From Candidatus Latescibacterota bacterium (GTDB taxonomy: Bacteria; Latescibacterota; UBA2968; UBA8231), in NCBI GenBank assembly GCA_965206595.1, contig OZ242214.1:3104001-3168000 (forward strand): a DNA stretch of 64,000 nucleotides. Reading direction: 5' to 3'. Each line of letters starts with the position of its first letter. Positions within the stretch are counted from its first letter, which is position 1. The notes under the pieces are model-generated. The model did not search any database, was not told the DNA's origin, and saw nothing but the letters and a program-made list of their open reading frames with translations. Below are positions 1 through 9,436 of this stretch, piece after piece. Position numbers and translations under genes: made by a program.

Positions 1-801
1 ATCGTCGGCGAGCTCAGGAAGGCGGGGTACGAAGTCACCGGGGTCGACATGGCCTACCCCCGCCACGCCGACGGCGGCTACAAGAGGGCGGACGTCCTCG
101 ATGCGGCCAGCCTCAACGACCTGTTCGCCGGCGCCGACGCCGTGGTTCATTTCGGCAGCCTGCCGACCGATCACTGGTCGTCCTGGAGCACCTGCTTCGA
201 AAACGTGATGATGGGGGGCTTCAACGTGTTCCAGGCCTGCGCCAACACCGGGACAAGGCGCATCGCCTACGCCTCGAGCATGGAGGTGTACGGCGATCTC
301 GCCCGGCAGCCGCACCTGCCCGTCACCGAGACCAGCGCTGCGGTGCCGCATTCCATCTACGGATCGGCGAAGCTGCGCCTCGAGGAGCTCGCCTCCGACT
401 ACTGCCGCTGGCACGGCATGTCGATCGCCGGCTTCCGGCTCGGCCGCATCATCTACTCGAACTCCTTCGAGTGGCGGCTCAAGGCCCAGACCGAGGCCGC
501 CGAGCGCTGCGCCGAATGTCTCTGGTGCTACGTCGACGCCCGCGACGTCGCCGAGGCCTGCCGGCTCTGGCTCGAGTCCGACCTGCAGGGGTTCAGGGCC
601 TACAACCTCGCTGCCGACGACGTCTGCATCGACCTCCCGGCCGCGGAGCTGCTGCGGGAGCATTTTCCCGGCATTCCGGTTCGGGGAGAGCTCGGCGAGT
701 TCCAGTGCCCGTACGTGTCGGACTCCCTGAAGCGGGAGCTGGGGTGGCGGGCCAGGTACGGCTGGCGCGAACTGCGCGCGGAGTGGGAGGCCGGCCGCTG
801 A
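1..801 (+). CDS. NAD-dependent epimerase/dehydratase (extended SDR), 5' end outside the window
   Basis: Frame open from base 1 (IVGELRKAGYEVTGVD); DAVVHFG, YASS, catalytic YGSAK (YxxxK), YVDARDVA. Confidence 0.85.
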   Translation: MVGELRKAGYEVTGVDMAYPRHADGGYKRADVLDAASLNDLFAGADAVVHFGSLPTDHWSSWSTCFENVMMGGFNVFQACANTGTRRIAYASSMEVYGDLARQPHLPVTETSAAVPHSIYGSAKLRLEELASDYCRWHGMSIAGFRLGRIIYSNSFEWRLKAQTEAAERCAECLWCYVDARDVAEACRLWLESDLQGFRAYNLAADDVCIDLPAAELLREHFPGIPVRGELGEFQCPYVSDSLKRELGWRARYGWRELRAEWEAGR

Positions 802-813
802 GCCTTCCCGCAA

Positions 814-1683
814 TCAGCGGATCAGCCCCAGCTCTTCCACCAGGCGGTGGAGCTCGCGCAGCGTCAGCTCATCTGTAAGAGGTACGGGATGGCGAAGTCT
901 GGAGCTCTTGAAGACGCCGCGCAGGCGTAGGACTTCCTTGTTGACGTGGGGGCCGTGGAGCCTGAACAGCGGTGTGTACCTGTTGAATTCCCGTTCCGCC
1001 TCCCCCTCCCTGCCGGCGTGGAAGAGGTCGATGACGCGGCGGAACATGTCCGGTATGTGACAGTGGGGCATGGTTCCGACCGACCCCCGGCGCATCTCTT
1101 CGATCAGGAAGGCGCCGCTCATGCCCCCGAGGACGATCAGGTCGTCGCCGGCAGCGGCCACGGTCTCGGCGATCCGCGGCGGCGTCGGGGGCGTCTCCAC
1201 CTTGGCGTAGCAGACGTTCTCCGATTCCCCGGCGATGCGGACCATCAGCGCCGGGGCGACGCCTGCCGCCCCGGCATCCTGGATGAAAACCGGCACCTTC
1301 ACCGCTTCCCCGATGGCGCGGAAGTACTCCGCGACAGGGTCGCCGCCTCCGGCGGCGGCAGGGGGTACCGCCATCACCGCGTCCGCCCCCAGCTCCTCGG
1401 CGCGGCGGCTGTACTCGACCGCCACCCGGGTCGACTCCGCCCCGGAATTGACCACGACCGGCACCCTTCCCGCGACTTGCGCGACAACGGTCCGAGCCGC
1501 CAGATCGCGTTCGGCCTCGGACAACCTGTTGACCTCGCTGCCGAAGGCGATGCCGAGCCCGTCGACCCCGGCTTCGATGGCGAAGTCCACCTCCCGCTGC
1601 AGGTCCTCGACGTCGATGTCGTCCCGGGCATTGAACGGCATCGCCAGAATCGGAAACAGCCCCCTCATCGACCTGTCCACCAT
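814..1683 (-). CDS. Dihydrodipicolinate synthase-family (DHDPS/NAL) aldolase
   Basis: GLFPILAMPF, GSEV..LSEAER, GRVPVVV, GADAVMAVPP, Schiff-base Lys in YAKVE. Confidence 0.85.
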   Translation of the reverse strand: MVDRSMRGLFPILAMPFNARDDIDVEDLQREVDFAIEAGVDGLGIAFGSEVNRLSEAERDLAARTVVAQVAGRVPVVVNSGAESTRVAVEYSRRAEELGADAVMAVPPAAAGGGDPVAEYFRAIGEAVKVPVFIQDAGAAGVAPALMVRIAGESENVCYAKVETPPTPPRIAETVAAAGDDLIVLGGMSGAFLIEEMRRGSVGTMPHCHIPDMFRRVIDLFHAGREGEAEREFNRYTPLFRLHGPHVNKEVLRLRGVFKSSRLRHPVPLTDELTLRELHRLVEELGLIR

Positions 1684-1759
1684 CTATCGGTCTCCTTGGT
1701 TCAGAGGGATCCTCGTACCCCGCCGAGCAGATCCGGCCACAAAGCCCCGGCAGAGCGGA

Positions 1760-2956
1760 TCAGGCAAAGATGGCGCGGCTGGCGATGCCGCAGCGGTACC
1801 CCTCTTTCTGGATTCCGCCGAGGAACTGGGCGGTGCGGCCGGCCGGGGCCGTGCCCTCGTACCAGGCGCTGAAGGAGCCGTTGAAAGCCTGGATCCACTC
1901 CCGGTCGGCACTGGAATCGCCGGCGGCGACGACGTAGGCGTTGTTGAAGATGCCGTCCTCCTTCAAGCCGTTGCCCCCGGCATCCCTGATGCGGCCGTCG
2001 AGCGACCCCAGGATGGTACCGGCGTCGTCACCCCCGGCGGCGCTCAGCAGCACTTCGGTGAGGCCGCCGTACTTCAGCGCCGTCCAGGTGCTGAAGCCGT
2101 CGGCGATCTCGCCCGAGCGCACGATCTCGGCCTCGCCCGAAACCAGGCGCGGCTGGATCTCTACCTGCCCCTTCTCCAGCGGAATTCTCGACACCGGGTA
2201 GATCACGCCCGCAGGCCGTGCATCGCCGTAGTACTCCTCCACCAGCTTGCGGACGATCTCCACCCGCTCCCAGGCCTCGCCAGGGGCGTAGTCCGCGGCG
2301 ACCATGATCTCGATCCACGCGGTCTGCTTCTTCATGTCGACGCCGGCTTCGGCGAACGGCTTCTCCAGCTGTTCCTCGAGGATGAAGGTCGCCTCCTCGG
2401 CGATGCCGCCCCCCAGGGTGTCGACCATTTCTCCGTTGGCCTCGTGCAGCACCGTCTTGCCGCTCGGATGGTGGTCGGTCCAGTACCCGTGATCGATGTC
2501 GACGCTCCCCGAAAGCGACACCCCCGCTCCCTTGATCGCCTTGATCTGCACCTCGAACAGCGCCGCCGGATCGGGGAACCCCTCCGGGTGGGTGTGGCGT
2601 GCCATGCGGTTGGAGCGCAGGGGGCCGCCCGTAACCGCCTGGATCATCGCCGCGTACACCGCGTTGAAGGCGTTCTTCTGTTCGTCGCAGGGGCCCCAGT
2701 CGCTCGACGGGGTCGTCCACAGCACGTCGGTCTTGTACACGTCCGACCAGTGCGCGCCGCAGACCTCGAGGCCGGAGTTGAGGTTCTCGATCGTCCCCAG
2801 CCACTGGCTGCCGACGTCGGCCGGGTACTGGGTGCCGACGTTGCCGCTCGGCTCGATCAGCCGCAAAACGTTCTCCCTGTCGTCCTTGAGGATGACCTCG
2901 GTCGGGTTGGAAAAGATGGCGATCGGGTTGTGGCGGATGATGCTTACCTGGGCCAT
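1760..2956 (-). CDS. Protein with three tandem Rid/YjgF-like domains
   Basis: Three ~130-aa units with Rid-like patterns: DVGSQWLGTIENL..AFNAVYA..NRMA..ALFEVQIKA; GIAEEATFIL..YYGDARPAG..VSRIP..QVEIQ; AFNGSFSAWYEGTAPAGRT. Confidence 0.6.
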   Translation of the reverse strand: MAQVSIIRHNPIAIFSNPTEVILKDDRENVLRLIEPSGNVGTQYPADVGSQWLGTIENLNSGLEVCGAHWSDVYKTDVLWTTPSSDWGPCDEQKNAFNAVYAAMIQAVTGGPLRSNRMARHTHPEGFPDPAALFEVQIKAIKGAGVSLSGSVDIDHGYWTDHHPSGKTVLHEANGEMVDTLGGGIAEEATFILEEQLEKPFAEAGVDMKKQTAWIEIMVAADYAPGEAWERVEIVRKLVEEYYGDARPAGVIYPVSRIPLEKGQVEIQPRLVSGEAEIVRSGEIADGFSTWTALKYGGLTEVLLSAAGGDDAGTILGSLDGRIRDAGGNGLKEDGIFNNAYVVAAGDSSADREWIQAFNGSFSAWYEGTAPAGRTAQFLGGIQKEGYRCGIASRAIFA

Positions 2957-3175
2957 GGGTGCGGTCCTCTTCCGGTTAGATCGGTTGATGTCGAATCGGG
3001 GGATACATCATCGGGGGCGGGGGTATATGGTGCAAGTTGCCGGAGGTCGGGGAGGCGGGGAATTTCCTTTCTGCTACGGGCTCGGGACCCCATCCCAGGC
3101 TTGGTCAGAAGTCCCGGCGCCGCTCAATGTGGCCGATCCGGCTCGTCCTGATTCTCGTGGACCACGGGAAGGTGA

Positions 3176-3200
3176 TTTCCCCGATCCGCGGCCGGGGAAA
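3176..3200. terminator. GC-rich hairpin just downstream of sbcC (possible terminator)
   Basis: TTTCCCCG-N9-CGGGGAAA inverted repeat; no clear U-tract on the minus strand. Confidence 0.3.
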
Positions 3201-3210
3201 CACCAGGGCG

Positions 3211-6200
3211 CTAGTCCAGCAACCCACCAAGCGCCGATGCAGCTTCCCAGCCCGTGTCCGACTCGGCAAGCTGTTGGCGTTGTGGGCCTGTGAGCCACTC
3301 CGCCCGACTCCCGGTGGCCTCTCGAGTGACCGCGAGGACATGGTCGATCTGCTCGGCAACCGCGCGGACGTGAGAGATCACGCCCACCATGCGTCCCCCG
3401 GCCGCGACCGTTCGCAGTGCCTGGACCGCAGAGTCGAGGTTGTTGCGGTCCAGCGAGCCGAATCCCTCGTCCAGGAACAGCGACTCCAGCCTTCCACCAC
3501 TGCGCGCCATCATCTCCACCATTCCGAGTGCGAGCGAGAGGGAGGCGATGAACTGCTCCCCTCCCGAGAGGCTCGCGGGGGAGCGCGCCTGCCCGGAATC
3601 CCGATCGAGGACGCGCCACTGCTCTTCGTTCTCGCCGGGATCGACGAAGGCGTACTTGCCGGCGCTCATTTCACCGAGCATCCGGGACGCATGAACCAGC
3701 AGACGCCGTGATCTCCGCAGGGTCAGCCACTTCAGGAACGCCCCGGGCTTGAGGGCATCATCGAGATCGCCGAGCGCCCGCTCCTTGCCTTCTACTTCCG
3801 CGAGGAGGGCGCGGAGGTCCCGAACGTCGTCGATGGTTGCGGCGAAGTCTTCCCAGACTTCCCTGGCCCGGCGAGCTTCGAAGCGGGCGTCGTTCGCCCG
3901 TGCACCCGCGCTTTCCACGACTGCATCGGTGCCCATGCCGATGTCCACCCCCAACCGGTTCCCGAGCGCGGTCAGTTCCGTGCTTGCGGCTTCTGCCCTG
4001 TCGGCTGCGGCGCGCAGGTGTTCCTCCGCTGCTCGCGAAACATTCGCCGTCGTCGTCCCCAGCTCGCCCATCCAAGAGGTCAGCTCCGCGATCTCCCGGG
4101 CCGAGACGGCGGTAGGAACGTTGGTGTTCAGCGCCAGCCGGCTTACCGATTCGACAAGGACGTCGCGGTGGGCATTGAGGTCATGAACGATCTCGTCGAG
4201 CGGCGCTTCGACTTCATCAACCCGCCGTCGCTCAAGGACTGATCGCGCGGTACCGGTATCGACAAGTTTCGTCTCCAGGCGTTGTCGTTCGGAGGCCCGT
4301 TCCGCCAGCACCTGTGCACGATCCTGAGCCGAGTTCGTCTGCGCGTCCACCGGGCTTGTGTCCACCTCGTGCAGGTCCGCGGCGTCGTCCGGCAAAGCGA
4401 GGCTGAGCTGGAACGCGGGCGGCACGGCCTGGATCGCCACCATCAGCCGCTCCAGGGAATCGGCCGCCGCCGTACGAGTGTGTTCGACCAACGTATCGGC
4501 GTTGGCCGCCGCTGTACTGGCAACGCTGGCGGCAGTCTCCTGGCGGGTCGCCTCCAAGCGAAGTTCCTCATTGACACGATCGTGTTCCGCCAGCCGATCC
4601 GCTGCTCCGGTGCAGGCAGCCTCCAAGGGGGCGAGCAGGGTGTCGCGCCCGGGGACTTGGGCACCCGAATCAATATCGACGTTCCGGGCGAGCTCCTGGA
4701 GCGCGTCTGTGAGAAGCGTTTCGGCTGCGGCAAGTCGATCTCCGGAATCGGCGATCTGACCCTCGATGCCCGTCCGTTCCGTGCGGATCCGCGTCAACTC
4801 CTGCTCTGCCTGTCGAGCAGCCTGGCGCGCGGCGTCGGCTATCTGCTCCGCCTCACCAAGCCGGGCTCCCTCGGGGGGCTCCCAGTCGGGGGGAAGGTCG
4901 CGGCGGCAGACCGGGCACTCATCCCCTGAATGCAGGCCGTGGGCGGCGGATGCAGCAGATTCCGACCGCCGCGCCGCAGCCAAATACTCGTCGGTCTCGG
5001 CGGCCGCACGGGTGGCGCGTCCTTCATCCTCCTGCGCGGTTTGCAGTTGTTCTGCCAGGACGGCGGCGGCTTGTCTGAGTTCACCAAGCTGTCTCTGCCT
5101 CTCCTCCAGCTCAGCCACCCGCTCCTCATACCGGGAGTACTCCTGGTCGACCGCGGCGCGGCGTGCCTGCGCCATCTCGACCTCATCGGCGAGCTGGGGT
5201 CGTCTCCGCGCGTGTTCGGCTGCCTGCTCCTGCGCCCCCTCGGCGCTTTCCGTCAGACCCCGTGCTTCTGCATGCTTCCGCAACCGGTCTTCCTCGCTCG
5301 CCCGGAGGGTGTTGGCTGCTTCCATACCGGCTGCGGCCAAGCCGCCGATGCTCTGCAATGTCGTCAGGGCAGCGGCAACCTCTTCTCCCATGGGGCCATC
5401 GCCGGAGGGAATGCGCGAAAGTTCTTCCTCGATAAACGCCTGGCGCTGCATGAGGGCCGCGTTCTCTTCTGCAATCCCCCGATCTATCTCCGCGACCGGC
5501 GCCAGCCTTTCCGCGACTCTCCCGGTTTCCAGGACGCGCAGCCGTCCGAGGACGCCGGATGCCGCCTCCTGCTCCCTTCCAGCGGCGACCACGCTATCGC
5601 GGGCAGCGATCGCCACCCGTTCGACCTCTGATGCCACGACTGCCTGCCGACTCGCCGCTTCGCGCACCTCCTCCAGTCCGGCCAGATGCGCGTCCGGGTT
5701 TTCCGGATAGGCCGAGGCCGCCTGCTCCAACCGGACCCGCAGCGTCACGGCTTCCTGGCGGGCTTCGCCTGCGAGCCCCCCTGCCTCTTCAAGCTCGTCG
5801 GTGGGCCAGACCTGCCGCAGGATCCGGCTCCGGTCGCGCGGTTCGTCCTCGACCAGCAGGCGTGCGAAGCGACCCTGAGGCAGCACGACGGTACGCAGAA
5901 ATGCATCGCTATCGAGCCCGAGCAGCTCCTTGACGCGCTCGTTGACCCGACGGACCTGCTCGACCTGCTCGACCGCCTCCCCGGCGGCGCCGAACTTCCG
6001 GAGTTGAACGTTAGGTTGGACTACGGTGCCATCACTGGCCCGGCGCAGCGTGCGGGCGACCTCCCACGTTTCGCCGGAAACCTGGAACCGGAGCACGACC
6101 CTCATATGGGACGAGGTATCGTTCATCAGCTCCTGATTGGCCTGGGCCGTGAACGTCGTCTGCCCGTAAAGGGCATAGGTGATCGCCTCCAGGATGGAAG

Positions 6201-6315
6201 ACTTTCCCGCCCCGGTGTCGCCGACGATGGCGATATGGTCCCGCCCGGTGAAGTCGATGGAGACGGGAGCCCTGAACGACCGCAGCCCTTCGATGGTGAG
6301 CCTGAGTGGACGCAT
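3211..6315 (-). CDS. sbcC: SbcC/Rad50 SMC-like ATPase
   Basis: Walker A GDTGAGKSS, Q-loop LPQGRF, long coiled coil, Zn hook CPVC, signature LSGGE, Walker B LFLDEGFGSLD, VISH. Confidence 0.95.
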   Translation of the reverse strand: MRPLRLTIEGLRSFRAPVSIDFTGRDHIAIVGDTGAGKSSILEAITYALYGQTTFTAQANQELMNDTSSHMRVVLRFQVSGETWEVARTLRRASDGTVVQPNVQLRKFGAAGEAVEQVEQVRRVNERVKELLGLDSDAFLRTVVLPQGRFARLLVEDEPRDRSRILRQVWPTDELEEAGGLAGEARQEAVTLRVRLEQAASAYPENPDAHLAGLEEVREAASRQAVVASEVERVAIAARDSVVAAGREQEAASGVLGRLRVLETGRVAERLAPVAEIDRGIAEENAALMQRQAFIEEELSRIPSGDGPMGEEVAAALTTLQSIGGLAAAGMEAANTLRASEEDRLRKHAEARGLTESAEGAQEQAAEHARRRPQLADEVEMAQARRAAVDQEYSRYEERVAELEERQRQLGELRQAAAVLAEQLQTAQEDEGRATRAAAETDEYLAAARRSESAASAAHGLHSGDECPVCRRDLPPDWEPPEGARLGEAEQIADAARQAARQAEQELTRIRTERTGIEGQIADSGDRLAAAETLLTDALQELARNVDIDSGAQVPGRDTLLAPLEAACTGAADRLAEHDRVNEELRLEATRQETAASVASTAAANADTLVEHTRTAAADSLERLMVAIQAVPPAFQLSLALPDDAADLHEVDTSPVDAQTNSAQDRAQVLAERASERQRLETKLVDTGTARSVLERRRVDEVEAPLDEIVHDLNAHRDVLVESVSRLALNTNVPTAVSAREIAELTSWMGELGTTTANVSRAAEEHLRAAADRAEAASTELTALGNRLGVDIGMGTDAVVESAGARANDARFEARRAREVWEDFAATIDDVRDLRALLAEVEGKERALGDLDDALKPGAFLKWLTLRRSRRLLVHASRMLGEMSAGKYAFVDPGENEEQWRVLDRDSGQARSPASLSGGEQFIASLSLALGMVEMMARSGGRLESLFLDEGFGSLDRNNLDSAVQALRTVAAGGRMVGVISHVRAVAEQIDHVLAVTREATGSRAEWLTGPQRQQLAESDTGWEAASALGGLLD

Positions 6316-6316
6316 G

Positions 6317-7573
6317 TCAGCTCCGGCTGCGGTTCCGCTCCGAGGCGAGGCGGTCGAGGATTTCCCGGGCGCCCGAAAGGAGCGGCGTCAGCCCGAAATC
6401 GGGTTTCGTTCCCTGGCCCACCCCGCCCAATGCCTTCGCGAAGAGCGTGGCCACCGAGTCGTGGGGCGCCCTGATCCCGCGCGCCGCGTTGTTGCGCCAT
6501 TCGAGAAACAGCTCTTCGAGCCCAGGTTCGGCCTCCCCTTCGCGGTCCGGGTCAATAGGGCTCACCGGCCGGTTCTCAACTACGTTCATCAGCTCGAAAA
6601 CAGCGCAGTTCGGCGACCATTCCAACAGCCGGTCCGCCAGGTCCGGAATCGGATCGTCCGAGCCCACACGCGCCTTCAGAATGCAGCCGTCGAACCCGCC
6701 GTTTGCGGCGCGATCCTCAAGTTCCGCCAGGGTGCCGGCAAACTCTACGAGGGGCCGTCCGCACGGCAGGTCGTGCGTGCCCACCTGCATGCCGTCCCCG
6801 ATCGTCACGAGCACCGCCTGCTTTGTCTGCTCGCGCTCGCCGAAGTCGAGAGGGATCAGCGAGCCGGCGTACCGTCCTTGCGCCTTTCCTCCCGGCAGGA
6901 GCTGCGGGTCGTGAAGGTGCCCGAAGGCGCAGTACAAGGCCTGCTGAAGACCATCGACGTGCGTGGCGTAGTCTCCCCCCACGGTGATCCGCCGTTCCGA
7001 TCTGCCCGACCGGGCGCCATGCACGAAAAGGTGGGCGGCGTAGAGGACGAGCCCTCGTTTGCCCACGCGGCGATGGGCATCATCGAGCAGACTCTCGTTG
7101 AGGGTCCTGATGCCGTCGGCGTAGGTGCCCTCGAACCGGGATGGATCGTCGGTCGCGTAGTCGGCGATGGCACTGGGAGGGATGAATGGCACACACGCCA
7201 CGGCAACCGGCTCCTCCGTGACCTCCGGATACTCAACCACTTCGGGTCGAGTGACCAGGCGCAGCCGCCTGGGGCTCGCCGCCCCTGCCAGCTCGTCGAT
7301 CACGCCCAGCAGAACGGTCGAATCGTGGTTGCCGGTCAGCACCAGCGTCGGTGCGATTTCCGCAAGGCCACTCAGCGCCTTGACACCGAGCTTCAGGGCT
7401 TCGTGCGGGGGACGCGAGGCGTCGAAAAGATCGCCGGTGTGCAGGATCAGATCCGGTCGGGAAGATTTCGCGAGGTTCAGCAGTCCCCGGAGCGCCTGCA
7501 CCTGGTCAGGAGTGCGATCGTGCCGGCCGAGCTTGGCCCCCAGGTGCCAGTCGGAAGTATGGAGCAGCTTCAC
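6317..7573 (-). CDS. sbcD: SbcD/Mre11 metallophosphoesterase nuclease
   Basis: GTG start overlapping the herA stop (GTGA); LLHTSDWHLG, TGDLFD, GNHD, AAHLF, FGHLH, YAGS. Confidence 0.93.
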   Translation of the reverse strand: MKLLHTSDWHLGAKLGRHDRTPDQVQALRGLLNLAKSSRPDLILHTGDLFDASRPPHEALKLGVKALSGLAEIAPTLVLTGNHDSTVLLGVIDELAGAASPRRLRLVTRPEVVEYPEVTEEPVAVACVPFIPPSAIADYATDDPSRFEGTYADGIRTLNESLLDDAHRRVGKRGLVLYAAHLFVHGARSGRSERRITVGGDYATHVDGLQQALYCAFGHLHDPQLLPGGKAQGRYAGSLIPLDFGEREQTKQAVLVTIGDGMQVGTHDLPCGRPLVEFAGTLAELEDRAANGGFDGCILKARVGSDDPIPDLADRLLEWSPNCAVFELMNVVENRPVSPIDPDREGEAEPGLEELFLEWRNNAARGIRAPHDSVATLFAKALGGVGQGTKPDFGLTPLLSGAREILDRLASERNRSRS

Positions 7574-9393
7574 AGGTCGATCCGGGGTCCGTCCAGGGCT
7601 TCGAGGTTCCCCTCGATCTTCCGCACCTGGGCCTGCTGGCCGTCGGGGTCGGTCGCGGCTTCGTCCGGGTTGGTCGCGAACGGCGGGAAGGGAAACCGGA
7701 TCGGGATCGGCTCCGGCACGATCGGCTGGGACGCCACCATGGTGCCCGGCCTGAAGCGGGTGGCGCGCTCGCGCAGGGCCGGAGTGAGGAACCGGTAGGT
7801 CTCGGACTCGCTGGCATCCAGCCGTCCGGCAACTTTCAGCGACGCGTTGCGGGGCAGCGCCTGGGCAACCGCGGAGGCGGCCTGCTGCGCCCCGATCAGC
7901 AGCACGCCAAGGGAGCGACCGCGTTCGGCAATATCCACCAGCAGGTCCTTCAGCGGCGAGAATCCCTGTGCCGGGGCGTACTTGTTGAGCTCGTCGAGGA
8001 CCACGAAGCGCAGCGGCAGGCGGCCGGTGCCCTGCTTCTCGCGCCAGATCCGCTCCAGCAGCGCGCCCACCACGAAGCGCTGGGCGTCGTCGTGGAGGGT
8101 CGAGATGTCGACGACATGGAGCTTCGCGTTCTCCGACGAGACCGGCTCGAGACCGCACCCGATCAGGGGGCCGACGTGGCGGCGCAGCCGCAGAAGTCTG
8201 CGGAGAAAAGCCTGCCGCGTGCCCGACTGTGTGCGTCCGAACCACTCGTCGATCACGGCCTCGTCTTCTTCCGAAGCGATGCCTTCGAGCAGGTCGATGA
8301 GGTCGCCGAAGTCGCGGATTACGAGCCCAGCCCCGGAGGCCATCGAATCCGGATCGCGCTCGGCGAGCCGGTCGGGGTTATAGCTCGTGTTGGGGGGAAC
8401 GGCATGGGCGATCACCACGGCCCCGGACGTGTCCCCCTGCAGCCGCCGCAGGCGCCGCAGGAGCTGGATCCGGACCTGCTGCTCCACGAAGCCGACCTGG
8501 GTCGAGCGCTCGTCGTCGGAGGTGAAGCAGAACTGCAGGAGCTGCTCGCGGATGAACTGCTCCGGAGTCCAGCCGTAGGGGTTCACGTCGGCGGTCTTGC
8601 GGGTCCTGACGTTGGAGACGGTGTTCGGCGACGAGTCGGACTGGCGGGGAGCGTAGAGACGGACCGATCGAAACGGCCCGGGATTTTCGATGCCCAGGGC
8701 GCGCCATTTCTCGAACTCCTCCGGCTTGCCGGCGAACTCGGCGTTGGCCCGGTCCAGGTGGAGCAGGTCCTCCCCCTTTGTGTTGAAGACCAGCGCCCGG
8801 ACGCTTTCGCGCCCCGCCCTTCCGCCCAGCAGATCCATGCCCTGCTCGGTCTCCAGCAGTTGGTAGAGAAGAAACAGCGCGTAGGAGGTCTTCGTCGCGA
8901 CTCCCGAAATTCCCGAGATCGAGACGTGGCCTCCGGAGCGCCCATCCACGAAGCGCATGTCCGCATACACCGGCGCCCCTCCCAGGTCGAGGCCCAGGGG
9001 CAGCTTGCCGCGGGTCATCTCGTCCTCGAAGAGGGCGACCTCTCGGTGTTTTCCGGCGGCCCGGGTAACCACTCCCCCGGCATGGGGGGCGAGGAACAGT
9101 TCCGGACTCACCCGCAGCACCCGCACCTCGGCTCTCCGCACAAGCTCCGCGGGAAGGGTCCGGTCGATAACGCGGCCTGTGTCCGAGGGCAGATCGGCTC
9201 CTTCGAAGCGGGAGAGCAGCTCGGTGACGATCCCGTAGTGGATGACCTCCCGCCCGTCGGGCAGCTCGGTGGAAACGGTGACCAGCTCGTCGAGCTGGAT
9301 TACCGTGTCCGCTTCCAGCACCACGTGGAACGTTCGCGAGTCGCTGTCCACGGAGCCATCGACAAGCCCGATGCGTTTCAGCTCACCGCTCAT
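7570..9393 (-). CDS. herA: HerA-family helicase/ATPase (bacterial type)
   Basis: N-terminal HAS-barrel-like region, variant Walker A HVSISGISGVATKTSY, VFNTKGED, Walker B VVLDELNKYAP, ERGRSLGVLLIGAQQ. Confidence 0.88.
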   Translation of the reverse strand: MSGELKRIGLVDGSVDSDSRTFHVVLEADTVIQLDELVTVSTELPDGREVIHYGIVTELLSRFEGADLPSDTGRVIDRTLPAELVRRAEVRVLRVSPELFLAPHAGGVVTRAAGKHREVALFEDEMTRGKLPLGLDLGGAPVYADMRFVDGRSGGHVSISGISGVATKTSYALFLLYQLLETEQGMDLLGGRAGRESVRALVFNTKGEDLLHLDRANAEFAGKPEEFEKWRALGIENPGPFRSVRLYAPRQSDSSPNTVSNVRTRKTADVNPYGWTPEQFIREQLLQFCFTSDDERSTQVGFVEQQVRIQLLRRLRRLQGDTSGAVVIAHAVPPNTSYNPDRLAERDPDSMASGAGLVIRDFGDLIDLLEGIASEEDEAVIDEWFGRTQSGTRQAFLRRLLRLRRHVGPLIGCGLEPVSSENAKLHVVDISTLHDDAQRFVVGALLERIWREKQGTGRLPLRFVVLDELNKYAPAQGFSPLKDLLVDIAERGRSLGVLLIGAQQAASAVAQALPRNASLKVAGRLDASESETYRFLTPALRERATRFRPGTMVASQPIVPEPIPIRFPFPPFATNPDEAATDPDGQQAQVRKIEGNLEALDGPRIDL

Positions 9394-9436
9394 ACCTGTC
9401 CTCGTCGCTTCACTAGGGCGGCCCTTTCGCTCATGC

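Noticed and set aside
6317-8245. 642-aa version of SbcD in the ORF track
   Set aside because: The extension overlaps herA; the real start is the GTG at 7573 just before LLHTSDWH
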